NCBI GenBank assembly: GCA_038208905.1
Contig: JBBQYG010000004.1
Coordinates: forward strand, 1-61,327
Source: Candidatus Sumerlaeia bacterium
Lineage (GTDB): Bacteria > Sumerlaeota > Sumerlaeia > SLMS01
Direction of reading: 5' to 3'
Length of the DNA stretch: 61,327 nucleotides
Part shown: positions 7,857 through 17,383 of the stretch, piece by piece
Position numbering within the stretch: position 1 is the first letter of the stretch
Layout: every line of letters starts with the position of its first letter
Translations under genes and position numbers: made by a program
The notes under the pieces: model-generated
Seen by the model: only the letters and a program-made list of their open reading frames with translations
Databases searched by the model: none
What the model was told of the DNA's origin: nothing

Positions 7857-9325
7857 GCGCCCCGGCATCGCCCGGCCTCGCGGTCCTCGACGCATGGGAG
7901 GCCCTCCGCGCGCATGTCCTGAACGGAAGCCGCGCTGCCAGCGAGGAGGCCCGCCGCCGCGCGGAATCCGACTGGCGCACAGTCACACCCCGTGATCGCG
8001 CCACGGTTGCGATCGCGGTGATCCTTGGCCTTGAGCCCGGCAACCCAACTGCCCGGCGCCATTGCCGCCAGATGCTGAGAGAGATCGAGGACCACCAGCC
8101 CGACTGCGTGCGCGAGGACTCGCCGCCCGACTATCGCGACCTCTCCGACGCGCGGCGAGAGACGCTTCGCCGGGCCGCGTCGGCACTGCTAGATCCCGAT
8201 TTCGAGAAGCGTCTTTCCGCCGCCGCGGGCCCCGTGGCCGCCCACCAACTCGTCGAGCGCGCCGTGCCGGGCCTCTCGGGTTCCCGCGCGGGGCGCTTCC
8301 TTGTCCACATCGGCTATCCCATGATCGTCGCCGACAAGTCGCGTTCGCGGTGGCTGCTCCGATTCGGGCTGATCGGCAAGGCGGGGGAGAGCAAGGCGGC
8401 GCGCGCGGAGGCATTGCGCCGGTTCGGCGAATTCGCGCACGAGACCGGCGCCCCGCTCGCGGAACTCGATCTCGTGCTAGGCGTTTTCACCGGGGCCGAC
8501 GCAATCCAGGAGGGCATTTCGCTTTGTCTCCAGCGCCCGCAATGCCGCGCGTGCCCGCTCCGCACGCAATGCGCCTACGCGCGATTCATCGAAACCCACG
8601 ACGAAGTCATCCGCGAGGAAGAGATACCCGCCCGGGCGCGCACCCTGGCCGACGCCGTATTGCCGGAGGATCGCCCGCGGGAGAAGTTGCAGCGCCTTGG
8701 CCCCGGAGCGTTGGGCAACGCGGAGCTGATTGCGATTCTCCTGCGCACGGGGAACGGGAAAGAGCACGCGATGGACCTGGCGGCGCGCGTTCTGCGCGAG
8801 GCTGGCACGCTGGACCTCCTGGCCCGAATGAGTGTGGCCGAACTCATGCGGACGTGTGGCCTCGGCACGGTGCAGGCCATCACCGTAAAGGCCGCCCTGG
8901 AGTTGGCGCGCCGCGTCTCTGAAAGCAAGCCCCTCGACGAGCCCATCGACACCGCCGCACAGGTCTTCGCGCGGATGCGCGGCTACTATCTGGGTCGGGA
9001 GAAGGAAACCTTCATTTGCCTCGCGGTTGATGCCAAGCACCGCCTTATCCGCCAGATCATTGTCAGCGAGGGGATCGTGAACCAGTCGCTCGTCCACCCG
9101 CGCGAGGCGTTCGCCGAGGCGATGCGGGACTCCGCCGTCGCGGTGTTCTTCGTCCACAACCACCCGAGCGGTGATCCCACGCCATCCGTCGACGACCGGC
9201 GCACCACCGCGCGGCTCGTGCAGGCTGGCGACATCGTGGGTATCCGCGTGCTTGATCACGTGATCGTTGGGCGCGACTCGTATTACAGCTTCGAGGAAGC
9301 GAGCCTGCTCAGGACCGTCGGCTGA
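7853..9325 (+). CDS. radC: RadC-family JAMM protein with a roughly 260-aa N-terminal endonuclease-III-like Fe-S-cluster-loop extension
   Basis: The C-terminus, NAELIAILLRTG...FVHNHPSGDPTPSVDD, is the RadC HhH plus JAMM motif. The N-terminus, VHIGYPMIVADKSRSRWLLRFGL...CLQRPQCRACPLRTQC, is a Cys4 loop resembling the Nth/MutY FCL. The GTG at 7853 overlaps the upstream stop (GTGA). Confidence 0.75.
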   Translation: MSAPASPGLAVLDAWEALRAHVLNGSRAASEEARRRAESDWRTVTPRDRATVAIAVILGLEPGNPTARRHCRQMLREIEDHQPDCVREDSPPDYRDLSDARRETLRRAASALLDPDFEKRLSAAAGPVAAHQLVERAVPGLSGSRAGRFLVHIGYPMIVADKSRSRWLLRFGLIGKAGESKAARAEALRRFGEFAHETGAPLAELDLVLGVFTGADAIQEGISLCLQRPQCRACPLRTQCAYARFIETHDEVIREEEIPARARTLADAVLPEDRPREKLQRLGPGALGNAELIAILLRTGNGKEHAMDLAARVLREAGTLDLLARMSVAELMRTCGLGTVQAITVKAALELARRVSESKPLDEPIDTAAQVFARMRGYYLGREKETFICLAVDAKHRLIRQIIVSEGIVNQSLVHPREAFAEAMRDSAVAVFFVHNHPSGDPTPSVDDRRTTARLVQAGDIVGIRVLDHVIVGRDSYYSFEEASLLRTVG

Positions 9326-9330
9326 TCGCC

Positions 9331-10581
9331 CTACCGCACCACCCAGCCAACCTGGTCGGTGAATTCGAGAACGAAGAGCCCGGTGGCGATTCCGCCCCAG
9401 CCCGCGATCACGATCTCTCCGTTGTTCATGCGCCCCCATCCGATCGGAAAGACGTCCTCCGGCGCGCGGGCAACCCACGTGATCGGCGTCGAGCCGTTCT
9501 CGTCGAATCTCAGAACGCCGATCCTCCTCGAATTGGCGTCGGAGAAGAAATACGTCCCCGCGAACTCTGGATAGCGGCTCCCGCGATAGACATATCCGCC
9601 AATGATCGCCGCGTTGCCATCAACGTGTGGGTACTGGGCGATGGGCGGGATCAACCCAAACGATGGGCACGTTTGCGGCCCATCGGTATTGCAGATCGTG
9701 CCCTCGCGAATCGCCCAACCATAGTTCCCCCCGGGGAAAACAAGGTTCACTTCTTCGAGGGTTCCTTGGCCCACGTCGCCCGCATACAGCAGCCCGCTCT
9801 CTTCGTCGAACGAGAATCGGAACGGGTTCCTAAAACCGTAGGCGTAAATCTCCTTCCGCGTTTCGGCGCTGGGGCCGCCGTTATAGAAGGGATTGTCCGG
9901 CGGTATGCGGTAGGGTAGCCCCGCGTCGGGCACCCCGCGCACGTCGATCCTCAGGATCGATCCCGGGAGGGTCGTGGTGTCCTGCCCGTTCGTCTTCCGC
10001 ACCGAAGGGTCGTCGGGGTCCTCGTCGTCGCCCAGCGATATGTAAAGCATCCCATCTGGGCCGAATGCCAGCGTTCCACCGACATGGAGCCTAATGCTCT
10101 TCTCGATGGAGATCAGAATCTCCTCAGTCGAGGGATCGACCGGTTCCGACGCATCGAACGGAGCCTGAAATCGCGAAATGATCGTTGTGGCCGCGCTCGT
10201 TGGAGTATCGGAGCTGTAGAGTACATAGAATTCGCGCGACACCGGATAGTTGGGATCGAACGCCAGCCCCAGCAGACCCTCCTCGCGCACCAGCGAAACC
10301 GTCGTCGAAAGATCCAGCCACGTCGTGGTGATTGCCTTGCCTGTCAACGGATCCTGATCGACCGCCTTGATGGTGCCCGCCTGCTCCATCACATAGAATC
10401 GACTGTCCTCGCCTGGCGCCTGGGCACACAGCGTAGCCAGCAGGAACGAGGCCTCCGGCAGAATGCGGCGAAGTTCCACCCGCCCCGCAAGTTGGGCTGG
10501 AGGCAGTCCATCGGCAACCGCGCGCGATGCGAATCCGATCAGGAAGAAAGAAAACAAAAAGACAAGGTTCCCGAGTGGCAT
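9331..10581 (-). CDS. PQQ-dependent sugar dehydrogenase-like beta-propeller protein (secreted)
   Basis: GLLGLAFDPNY...DGMLYISLGD...PGSILRID...YAYGFRNPFRFSFD...GNYGW are motifs typical of the soluble glucose/sorbosone dehydrogenase family. I trimmed the start to the ATG at 10581, which precedes a signal-like segment (MPLGNLVFLFSFFLIGFA). Confidence 0.75.
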   Translation of the reverse strand: MPLGNLVFLFSFFLIGFASRAVADGLPPAQLAGRVELRRILPEASFLLATLCAQAPGEDSRFYVMEQAGTIKAVDQDPLTGKAITTTWLDLSTTVSLVREEGLLGLAFDPNYPVSREFYVLYSSDTPTSAATTIISRFQAPFDASEPVDPSTEEILISIEKSIRLHVGGTLAFGPDGMLYISLGDDEDPDDPSVRKTNGQDTTTLPGSILRIDVRGVPDAGLPYRIPPDNPFYNGGPSAETRKEIYAYGFRNPFRFSFDEESGLLYAGDVGQGTLEEVNLVFPGGNYGWAIREGTICNTDGPQTCPSFGLIPPIAQYPHVDGNAAIIGGYVYRGSRYPEFAGTYFFSDANSRRIGVLRFDENGSTPITWVARAPEDVFPIGWGRMNNGEIVIAGWGGIATGLFVLEFTDQVGWVVR

Positions 10582-10750
10582 CGAAAGCGTAAACTCCGGA
10601 GGTTGAATTACGGACAGTCCCGGACCCTCCAAGGTTCCCGGGCCGGGCACTCGATTGGCGCCGCGCCGGATTGCGGGCAAGTGGAAACGCCCTCTCTTCC
10701 CTTGTCCGCTCGGCGCCGCGCGGCAAGCCTGCCCGCCTCAGGAGTTCAAC

Positions 10751-12604
10751 GTGCCCGTCCGGGTTCTTCCGCAAACGCTCATTAACCAAATCGCCGCCGG
10801 CGAGGTGGTCGTCCGCATGGCGAGCGTGGTGAAGGAACTCGTCGAAAACTCCATCGACGCGGGATCGACCCGAATCGAAGTGCTGCTCGGCAACGACGCC
10901 CGCGACCTCGAAGTCCGCGACAACGGCCACGGCATGGACCGTGACGACGCGGAGCTGTGCCTCCAGCGGCACGCCACGTCGAAGATCCGCACCTCCGACG
11001 ACCTGTTCAATCTCGCGACGCGAGGCTTCCGCGGAGAGGCGCTCCCCAGCATCGCCAGCGTCAGCCGCATGGAGATCCAGACGCGCCCCCGCGCGTCGGA
11101 GATGGGAACCCGCGTGGTGGTGGAGGGTGGCCGCATCGAGCGCATCGAGCCCTTTGGCTGCCCGATCGGCACGCGCATCGTCGTCCGCGATCTCTTCTAC
11201 AACACCCCCGCGCGCCGCAAGTTTCTTAAGTCGGTCGTGGCGGAGGTGAACGCCGTGATGACCACCGTCACTCGCCAGGCACTGGCCCAGCCCGACGTCG
11301 GTTTCCGCGTGGAGCGCGAAGGGCGCGAGGTGATCAATGTGCCAACTGGCCAGAACACTGGCGATCGCTTCGCAGCCATTCTTGGCTCGCAGATTCGCCG
11401 CCCGCCCATCGCCATCGGGGAATCACGCGGCGACGTCGCTGTCAGCGGCTTCATCGCCCATCCCCACGATGCGCGGGGAGACCGGCGGTCACAGTATCTC
11501 TACGTCAATCGCCGTCCTTTCTCCAGCAAGCAGATCGGGGCCGCGCTGGAGCAGGCGTGCCGCGGATTCGTGATGGCCGCGCGTTTTCCCCTTTTCTGCG
11601 TCTTCATCGAAATCCCCCCCGGCGACGTGGACTTCAACGTTCACCCGACGAAGGAGGAGGTCCGCTTCCGCGACGAGCGCGACATCGCCGGCGCCGTCCA
11701 CAACGCCGTAAAGGCCGCGCTCGTGGGAAGCCCCGCACTCGTGGGAGAGATGCACATTGGCGGTGCGCCAGAGTCAGAAGAGGCGACGCCGTCCCCGGCC
11801 CTGGCAATACGGCCACCGGGATTTTTCACATCGCCGGAAATGCTTGTGCAGCGGGCCTTCGAGCGTAAGCAATCCCAGGCGGACATGCTGGTGGAGTCTG
11901 CCCGCGCGGCGCCGCCAGTCGCCCCCACATTGATCGCGCCGCGGCGCGCCGTGGCCATTCGCCACGCCGACGGCTCCACGATTTCCGCCGGCCCGGGCGA
12001 ACGACCCGACGCGGAATTCTGGTCGCGCGGCCTCGGCATGGAACCCCTCGGCCAGATCGCCGCCACATACATCGTGGCGCGCCACGGCGAGGACCTACTC
12101 CTCGTCGATCAACACGCCGCCCACGAGCGGCTCGTCTATCTCGACCTCAAGCGCCGCCGCCAGCGTATCGACACACAGCCACTCCTGATCCCCACGTCCT
12201 TCGAACTGGAAGCCTCGCAGGGTGAAACACTCCGCGAACTGCTTCCCCATTTCGCCGCCCTCGGTCTGGAGATTGAGGAGTTCGGCCCGCGCGCCTGGGC
12301 ACTTCAGTCCGTGCCCACGGACATGCAGGAGATCGACCCGGTGCCGCTGGTTCTGGAGCTGATTTCCGACATCGAGGAGTCGAGGCGCACCTCCGCCCTC
12401 GACGACCTCCGCGACCGCGTCCTGATCCGCACCGCCTGCCACAGCGCGATCCGCGCGGGGATGTCGCTGCCGATGGAGAAGATGCGCGAACTGCTGCGCC
12501 AGATGGCCGCGGAGCGCCTCAGCTTCACCTGCCCCCACGGGCGTCCCACCATCGTCCGTCTCTCCAAGGCGGAGCTTGACAGGCAATTCAAGAGGATCGT
12601 CTAG
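10751..12604 (+). CDS. mutL: DNA mismatch repair protein MutL
   Basis: LPQTLINQIAAGEVVVRMASVVKELVENSIDAG is the GHKL N-terminus, and the C-terminal dimerisation region is present. The GTG at 10751 is preceded by AGGAG. Confidence 0.9.
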   Translation: MPVRVLPQTLINQIAAGEVVVRMASVVKELVENSIDAGSTRIEVLLGNDARDLEVRDNGHGMDRDDAELCLQRHATSKIRTSDDLFNLATRGFRGEALPSIASVSRMEIQTRPRASEMGTRVVVEGGRIERIEPFGCPIGTRIVVRDLFYNTPARRKFLKSVVAEVNAVMTTVTRQALAQPDVGFRVEREGREVINVPTGQNTGDRFAAILGSQIRRPPIAIGESRGDVAVSGFIAHPHDARGDRRSQYLYVNRRPFSSKQIGAALEQACRGFVMAARFPLFCVFIEIPPGDVDFNVHPTKEEVRFRDERDIAGAVHNAVKAALVGSPALVGEMHIGGAPESEEATPSPALAIRPPGFFTSPEMLVQRAFERKQSQADMLVESARAAPPVAPTLIAPRRAVAIRHADGSTISAGPGERPDAEFWSRGLGMEPLGQIAATYIVARHGEDLLLVDQHAAHERLVYLDLKRRRQRIDTQPLLIPTSFELEASQGETLRELLPHFAALGLEIEEFGPRAWALQSVPTDMQEIDPVPLVLELISDIEESRRTSALDDLRDRVLIRTACHSAIRAGMSLPMEKMRELLRQMAAERLSFTCPHGRPTIVRLSKAELDRQFKRIV

Positions 12605-12634
12605 CCCGCGTCGAGTATCCCCGTCGCGATGCGG

Positions 12635-14560
12635 CTACATGAAAGTCCGGCGGCAATAGATCGCCCATTCCGCCATCAGGATCGCAAGAGCGGCGAGGGC
12701 GAGCCAGAACCAGATTTCCTGGCGCGTTTTCACGGCATCCTTGCTCGCGACGATCTTGCGTCCGCCGATTTCGAGTTCGCGGACGGGGGCGATGTGGCTT
12801 TCCAGGATCGACATGGCGTTGATGGGAATCTGACGTGGTGTTCCCTTGTCAAACGAGACCGTGTATATACCCGCCGCCTGCGTCTCCGTCAGGTAGATCG
12901 TCGTCTGCCCGGCAAGGTCGTACTCGATCTTGCTCGCGTCCGGGAGCGTCACCGTCGCCTTGGCGGCATCGCGGGGGGGAACAATCGGCACGGTCTCTCC
13001 CGTCGCATAGGCGGGCTTGCCAAGGCCGCGCCCCGTCCGAGCCCAATAATCAATTAGATTGGCGAAGAAAATCGGGAACGAGACATCCACCGGCCAGTAG
13101 CTCAGGTTCACGTCGAACCCGATCACGATCACGCGGCGCGTTTCGGTCTCGTGGATGCTGATCAAGTCAGTCTCCACCGCCTGTAAGAGCGGCGTGGCGG
13201 CGGGTGGTGGCTCGATGGAGAGAGACTTTCCGATCAACACGCGCTGGAAGTTCGCATATCGCGTGACCGGGTGCACGCGCGACCAGTCGATGATGCGGGG
13301 ATTGTCGATTTCCTCCGCCTTTTTTGTATAGCCGACATCGGCCGGCGGCAGGGAATTAATGAAGAGGAAGTTTCCCGCCGGGATTTCCGCCGTTGTGCAA
13401 TCGTCGAAAACGGTGATATCGTATTCGCCCCGTGGCGTATATTCGTCTGGCCTCATGCGCGTGATGCTGACGCGCGGGTCCACGGAGAAGGCGCGCTCGA
13501 TGAAGGAATTTCCCTTCGATACGATCAGCACCTTGAGGTCCGTGGGTGGGGAGACCACCGCGCGGACCATGTCGTCGAGCGCGTAGGCATCGGTGTGGTC
13601 CGTCAGCCTTAGCGTCGCCAGCCCGCGCACCGCCTCGCCAACGGTGAACACCACGGCGGCGCTCTGGTTTGCGGGGATGTCCACCTTCTTGAGGTCAAGG
13701 ACCTCCGCGTCCACCTGAAGCTCCACAAAGACGGAGGTCGCGTCGGCGCCGGAGTTGAGCAGCGTCGCGAAAACCTGATACTCGTACTGGCCGGCAAACG
13801 ACTCGCGCACATCGACGCCTGTGAAACCAACGTTGTCCGTGGCATCGCCGACGCTGGTGAAGTCCACGTTGATCACGTCGGCGAGGGAGGAAATCGTGGG
13901 GCCCACGACGCCGTCGCTGATCAGGATAACGCGCGCGTTGGGGTTGGGCTCGATGGCGCCATCCTTGATGCGCATGGTGCGCTCCTGCAGGATGTAGCCG
14001 AGATCGGTCAGGTTGGCCTCCGTGTCCATCGGCCTTGCGGAGCGAATCGCCGACAGCAGCGCCGCGCGGTCCTCCGTCATCGGTTGCAGCGGCACCGGCG
14101 TGTCGGCGAACCCGATCAACATCATCTCGTCGCGCTGGAGCAGGCCCGGCAGGATGCCGCCTCCGCCGCCGATTCCCTCCACCGCCTTCTCCGCCAGCGC
14201 CTTCGCCTTGTCGAACCGCGTCTCGCCATCGGCCTCTCGCGTCTGCATGGAGGCCGACCGGTCCAGCAGCACGATGATCGTCTCGCCGCCCATGCCCGTC
14301 ACCTTTGCCACGGGCCGCGCCAGCGCCAGGACCAGTAGCAGCAGCGCCAGAAGCTGAAGCCACATCAGCAGGTTGTTCCTCAGCCGCTGAAACGGAGCGT
14401 TTGCGATCATGTCCTGCACGCTGCGCCGCCAGAGCAGCGTGGACGCCACGATCTGCGGGCGCCGCTTCAGCTTCAGCAAATACATGATCACGATCACCGG
14501 CAACAGCGCGGCGAGGCCAAGGGCCCAGGGGGAGAGGAAGGGAGCGAGGAGGGCGCTCAC
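12635..14560 (-). CDS. BatA-like membrane protein with an N-terminal double-TM domain and a VWA domain
   Basis: The N-terminus, PWALGLAALLPVIVIMYLLKLKRRPQIVASTLLW, is the aerotolerance-regulator N-terminal type. VLLDRSASM is a VWA MIDAS-like motif. The gene lies downstream of moxR and DUF58. The start is GTG. Confidence 0.7.
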   Translation of the reverse strand: MSALLAPFLSPWALGLAALLPVIVIMYLLKLKRRPQIVASTLLWRRSVQDMIANAPFQRLRNNLLMWLQLLALLLLVLALARPVAKVTGMGGETIIVLLDRSASMQTREADGETRFDKAKALAEKAVEGIGGGGGILPGLLQRDEMMLIGFADTPVPLQPMTEDRAALLSAIRSARPMDTEANLTDLGYILQERTMRIKDGAIEPNPNARVILISDGVVGPTISSLADVINVDFTSVGDATDNVGFTGVDVRESFAGQYEYQVFATLLNSGADATSVFVELQVDAEVLDLKKVDIPANQSAAVVFTVGEAVRGLATLRLTDHTDAYALDDMVRAVVSPPTDLKVLIVSKGNSFIERAFSVDPRVSITRMRPDEYTPRGEYDITVFDDCTTAEIPAGNFLFINSLPPADVGYTKKAEEIDNPRIIDWSRVHPVTRYANFQRVLIGKSLSIEPPPAATPLLQAVETDLISIHETETRRVIVIGFDVNLSYWPVDVSFPIFFANLIDYWARTGRGLGKPAYATGETVPIVPPRDAAKATVTLPDASKIEYDLAGQTTIYLTETQAAGIYTVSFDKGTPRQIPINAMSILESHIAPVRELEIGGRKIVASKDAVKTRQEIWFWLALAALAILMAEWAIYCRRTFM

Positions 14561-14668
14561 GGAGTCGAGCCGCCCTTCCAGACGGCAGGCGAAATACGAT
14601 GTCTATACAGTGCGGCGGGAATTGCCGCGCGTGTCGGAAGCCGCTCACTTCGTCCCGGGAGGGACGTT

Positions 14669-14832
14669 ACAATCGTAGCCCCGGACTTCAGTCCGTTGGA
14701 GCAAGCGATAGATAGGACAAGCCCCGGCAGGGGTTCAACACGGGCGTCGTCCAGAGCTTTGTCGGACCCCTGCCGGGGTCCGGACATTGGGAGTGATTTG
14801 TTCCCCGGACTGAAGTCCGGGGCTACGATTGT
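14669..14832. repeat. 164-bp palindromic (MITE/REP-like) element with perfect 27-bp terminal inverted repeats and an inner 13-bp stem
   Basis: ACAATCGTAGCCCCGGACTTCAGTCCG at 14669-14695 is the exact reverse complement of 14806-14832. The inner stem pairs CCCCGGCAGGGGT (14722-14734) with ACCCCTGCCGGGG (14766-14778). Confidence 0.8.
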
Positions 14833-14897
14833 TGCACCGCTACCGCGGTTCGTTGGGGCCGTCGAAATACTGATGGGAGCCGTGTCGGATTTTGGAA

Positions 14898-15791
14898 TCA
14901 CTTCAACAGCCCCTTCCGACGCAAGTACCCCAGCAGCATCTGGTCGATCGGCTGGTCCGTGGAGGCCGGAAGATAGACCATCCCCCGGGAAACTGACCAG
15001 TCCCGGATCGATCCGCAGAACGCTTCGAGGGTCTTCTCGTACTGCTTGAGGAGCGCCTCCGAGACCGAGACCTCCTGTGGCTCGCCGGTTTCCGCGTCGA
15101 TCAGTTCGAGGTGTCCGCCAAGCTGGGGCTTTCGCTCCTCGGGGCTAAGGACGTGGATGCAATAGACCTCGTAGTTGCGGAGGAAGAAGTACTTCAGCGC
15201 CTCCTCGAATCCCTGCTCGTCCATGAAGTCGGTGATCAGCACCACGATGCCCGACTGCGTATTGCGCAGGGCGAAATCGCGGATGCTGTCACCGAGGCAG
15301 GTGCGCTCGCTCACCTCCAGCGCCGCAATCTGCGCGAGGAGCTTCGGCAACTGGCCCTTGCCGCGCGCGGGGCGAAAGATCTCCCGCGCCCGCGTGTCGA
15401 ACGCCGTCACGCCGACTTTGTCCTGGTTCTTGAGGACGATGTAGCCAAGCGCGGCGGCGAGCTTCTGGGCGTAGAGGAACTTCGTCGTGGGCGTCCCGAA
15501 ATCCATGCTCTTCGACGTGTCCAAGAGGATGTAGAACGCGAGGTCCTCCTCCTCCAGGAAGAGCTTGATAAAGAGCCGCTCCAGCCGCGCGAAAATGTTC
15601 CAGTCGATGTGCCGCGTGTCGTCTCCGCGCGAATAGTCGCGGTAGTCGGCGAACTCCACGGAGGATCCCTTGTGCCGCGACCGCCTCTCGCCCTTTGTCC
15701 CGCCGCGGAACACGCGGTGCGTCAGGATCTCCAGCGCGTCGAGGCGGGAGAGCAGGTAGGGATCGAGGAGGGACTTCGGGTCGAGGGGCAT
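14898..15791 (-). CDS. DUF58 domain protein (MoxR-associated)
   Basis: RSRHKGSSVEFADYRDYSRGDDTRHIDWN is the DUF58 signature. The gene lies 3 nt downstream of moxR. Confidence 0.85.
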   Translation of the reverse strand: MPLDPKSLLDPYLLSRLDALEILTHRVFRGGTKGERRSRHKGSSVEFADYRDYSRGDDTRHIDWNIFARLERLFIKLFLEEEDLAFYILLDTSKSMDFGTPTTKFLYAQKLAAALGYIVLKNQDKVGVTAFDTRAREIFRPARGKGQLPKLLAQIAALEVSERTCLGDSIRDFALRNTQSGIVVLITDFMDEQGFEEALKYFFLRNYEVYCIHVLSPEERKPQLGGHLELIDAETGEPQEVSVSEALLKQYEKTLEAFCGSIRDWSVSRGMVYLPASTDQPIDQMLLGYLRRKGLLK

Positions 15792-15794
15792 GAG

Positions 15795-16808
15795 TTACCG
15801 CGCCGCGAAGTCCGGCACCTCTCGCGCCACCTTCGCGACCATGTCCGTCAGGACGTCGTCGGCGGTCACACCCTCGGCCTCGGCCTCGAAGTTCATGATG
15901 AGGCGGTGGCGGAGCGCGGGGAGGACGTTGGCGGAGATATCGGCGAAGGCCACGTTGTAGCGGTCGGCGCGCAGCGCGCGGATTTTGCCGGCGAGGATGA
16001 GGCCTTGGGCCCCGCGGGGCGAGCTGCCGAAGCGGACGTAGCGTTTCACCATGTCGGTGGCGAACTCACTCTCGGGGTGCGTGGCGAGCACCGCGCGGAC
16101 GGCGTAGTCCTGAACGTGGGGCGCCACGAGAATCTCCCGGACGAAGCCCATCCACCGGAGGATTTCGTCACGGCCCATCACCTTGGAGACCTGCGGCATT
16201 TCGCGCTTCGTGGTGCGCTCAAGGATCAGGCCTAGTTCGTCGCGCTTGGGGAAGGGAACCATGAGCTTGAAGAGGAACCGGTCGAGCTGCGCCTCGGGGA
16301 GGGGATACGTGCCCTCCATCTCCAGCGGGTTCTGCGTTGCGAGGACGAAGAAGGGGGCGCTGAGCTTGTACTGCTTCCCGGCGACCGTAACCTGCTTTTC
16401 CTGCATGCACTCCAGCATGGCCGACTGCGTCTTGGGGGTGGCGCGGTTGATTTCGTCCGCCAGGGCCAGATTCGTGAAGATGGGGCCGGGCTCGAAGATT
16501 AGCGAGCGGCGCCCCGTCTGCGGGTCCTCCTGCACCACGTTGGTCCCCACGATGTCCGCCGGCATCAGGTCCGGAGTGAACTGGACGCGGTTGAAGGGGA
16601 GGTCGAGAACCTCGCCCAGCGTGCGGACGAGCATCGTCTTGCCGAGGCCGGGGACACCCTCCAGTAGCACGTGGCCACCGGCGAAGAGGGCCGTCAGGAC
16701 GCCCTCGACCACCTCGGTATTTCCAACGATGACCTTCTGGGTCTCGTTGAGGAGCGAATCGAAGGCCTTCCTGAATTCAGCGGCCTGCTGCTGGATGTCG
16801 TTGCTCAT
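15795..16808 (-). CDS. moxR: MoxR-family AAA+ ATPase
   Basis: HVLLEGVPGLGKT is the Walker A. It also has FNRVQFTPDLMPADI.G and FFVLATQNPLEMEGTYPLPEAQLDRF. Confidence 0.9.
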   Translation of the reverse strand: MSNDIQQQAAEFRKAFDSLLNETQKVIVGNTEVVEGVLTALFAGGHVLLEGVPGLGKTMLVRTLGEVLDLPFNRVQFTPDLMPADIVGTNVVQEDPQTGRRSLIFEPGPIFTNLALADEINRATPKTQSAMLECMQEKQVTVAGKQYKLSAPFFVLATQNPLEMEGTYPLPEAQLDRFLFKLMVPFPKRDELGLILERTTKREMPQVSKVMGRDEILRWMGFVREILVAPHVQDYAVRAVLATHPESEFATDMVKRYVRFGSSPRGAQGLILAGKIRALRADRYNVAFADISANVLPALRHRLIMNFEAEAEGVTADDVLTDMVAKVAREVPDFAAR

Positions 16809-16830
16809 GGGTGGCGTGGTTCCTTTGCGA

Positions 16831-16855
16831 CGCCTTCCCGCGTTCGGGGAAGGCG
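16831..16855 (-). terminator. hairpin downstream of rsfS (9-bp stem, no clear U tract)
   Basis: CGCCTTCCC (16831-16839) pairs with GGGAAGGCG (16847-16855). Confidence 0.3.
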
Positions 16856-16931
16856 GCAGTCTCCTCCATCATTGCGACGGTACATCGCCGCAACTGGGGA
16901 GCGGGAAGTCAAGCGCTACGGAGGTTGCCGC

Positions 16932-17318
16932 TCAGGAAACGGAGAGGGCGGTTTCCGGCAGCTCGGCCAGGGTCTCCGCCCAATCGACTTCCTTGGCGTC
17001 TCCCCACAGCTTTTCCAGCCGGTAGAAGGAGCGCGCCTCGGAGTTCATCGCGTGCAGCACAAAGTCGCCAAAGTCCAGCACGAGCCAGTTGGAGCCACGC
17101 ACGCCGTCCACCGTTGGACCCCGCATGCCGCGCTGCTTGAAGCCCACGGATACTGACTCGCAAATGGCGTTGAGCTGGATGCGGTTGTTTCCCGAAACGA
17201 TCAGGAAAACATCGGTGAAATTGCAGAGACCCCTCACATCCAGAAGGGTAATGTCGGTTGCCTTTTTCCCATCGGCAAGATTGGCCGCCAGCGCGGCGCG
17301 TTGAATCGTGTCTAGCAC
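16932..17318 (-). CDS. rsfS: ribosome silencing factor RsfS (iojap family)
   Basis: KKATDITLLDVRGLCNFTDVFLIVSG.N.IQL.AI...WLVLDFGDFVLHAM....R.FY.LE.LW. The start is GTG. Confidence 0.85.
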   Translation of the reverse strand: MLDTIQRAALAANLADGKKATDITLLDVRGLCNFTDVFLIVSGNNRIQLNAICESVSVGFKQRGMRGPTVDGVRGSNWLVLDFGDFVLHAMNSEARSFYRLEKLWGDAKEVDWAETLAELPETALSVS

Positions 17319-17383
17319 GTTGGATTATGTCTCCTTGGTGGCGTTTGGTCGATTGTTAGTCCGGGCCGTCCCGGGGGTATCCG

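Noticed and set aside
14557-14901. 114-aa ORF containing the peptide SGATIV twice
   Set aside because: The repeated peptide is simply the translation of the two arms of the 27-bp inverted repeat. There is no start context or coding signal.
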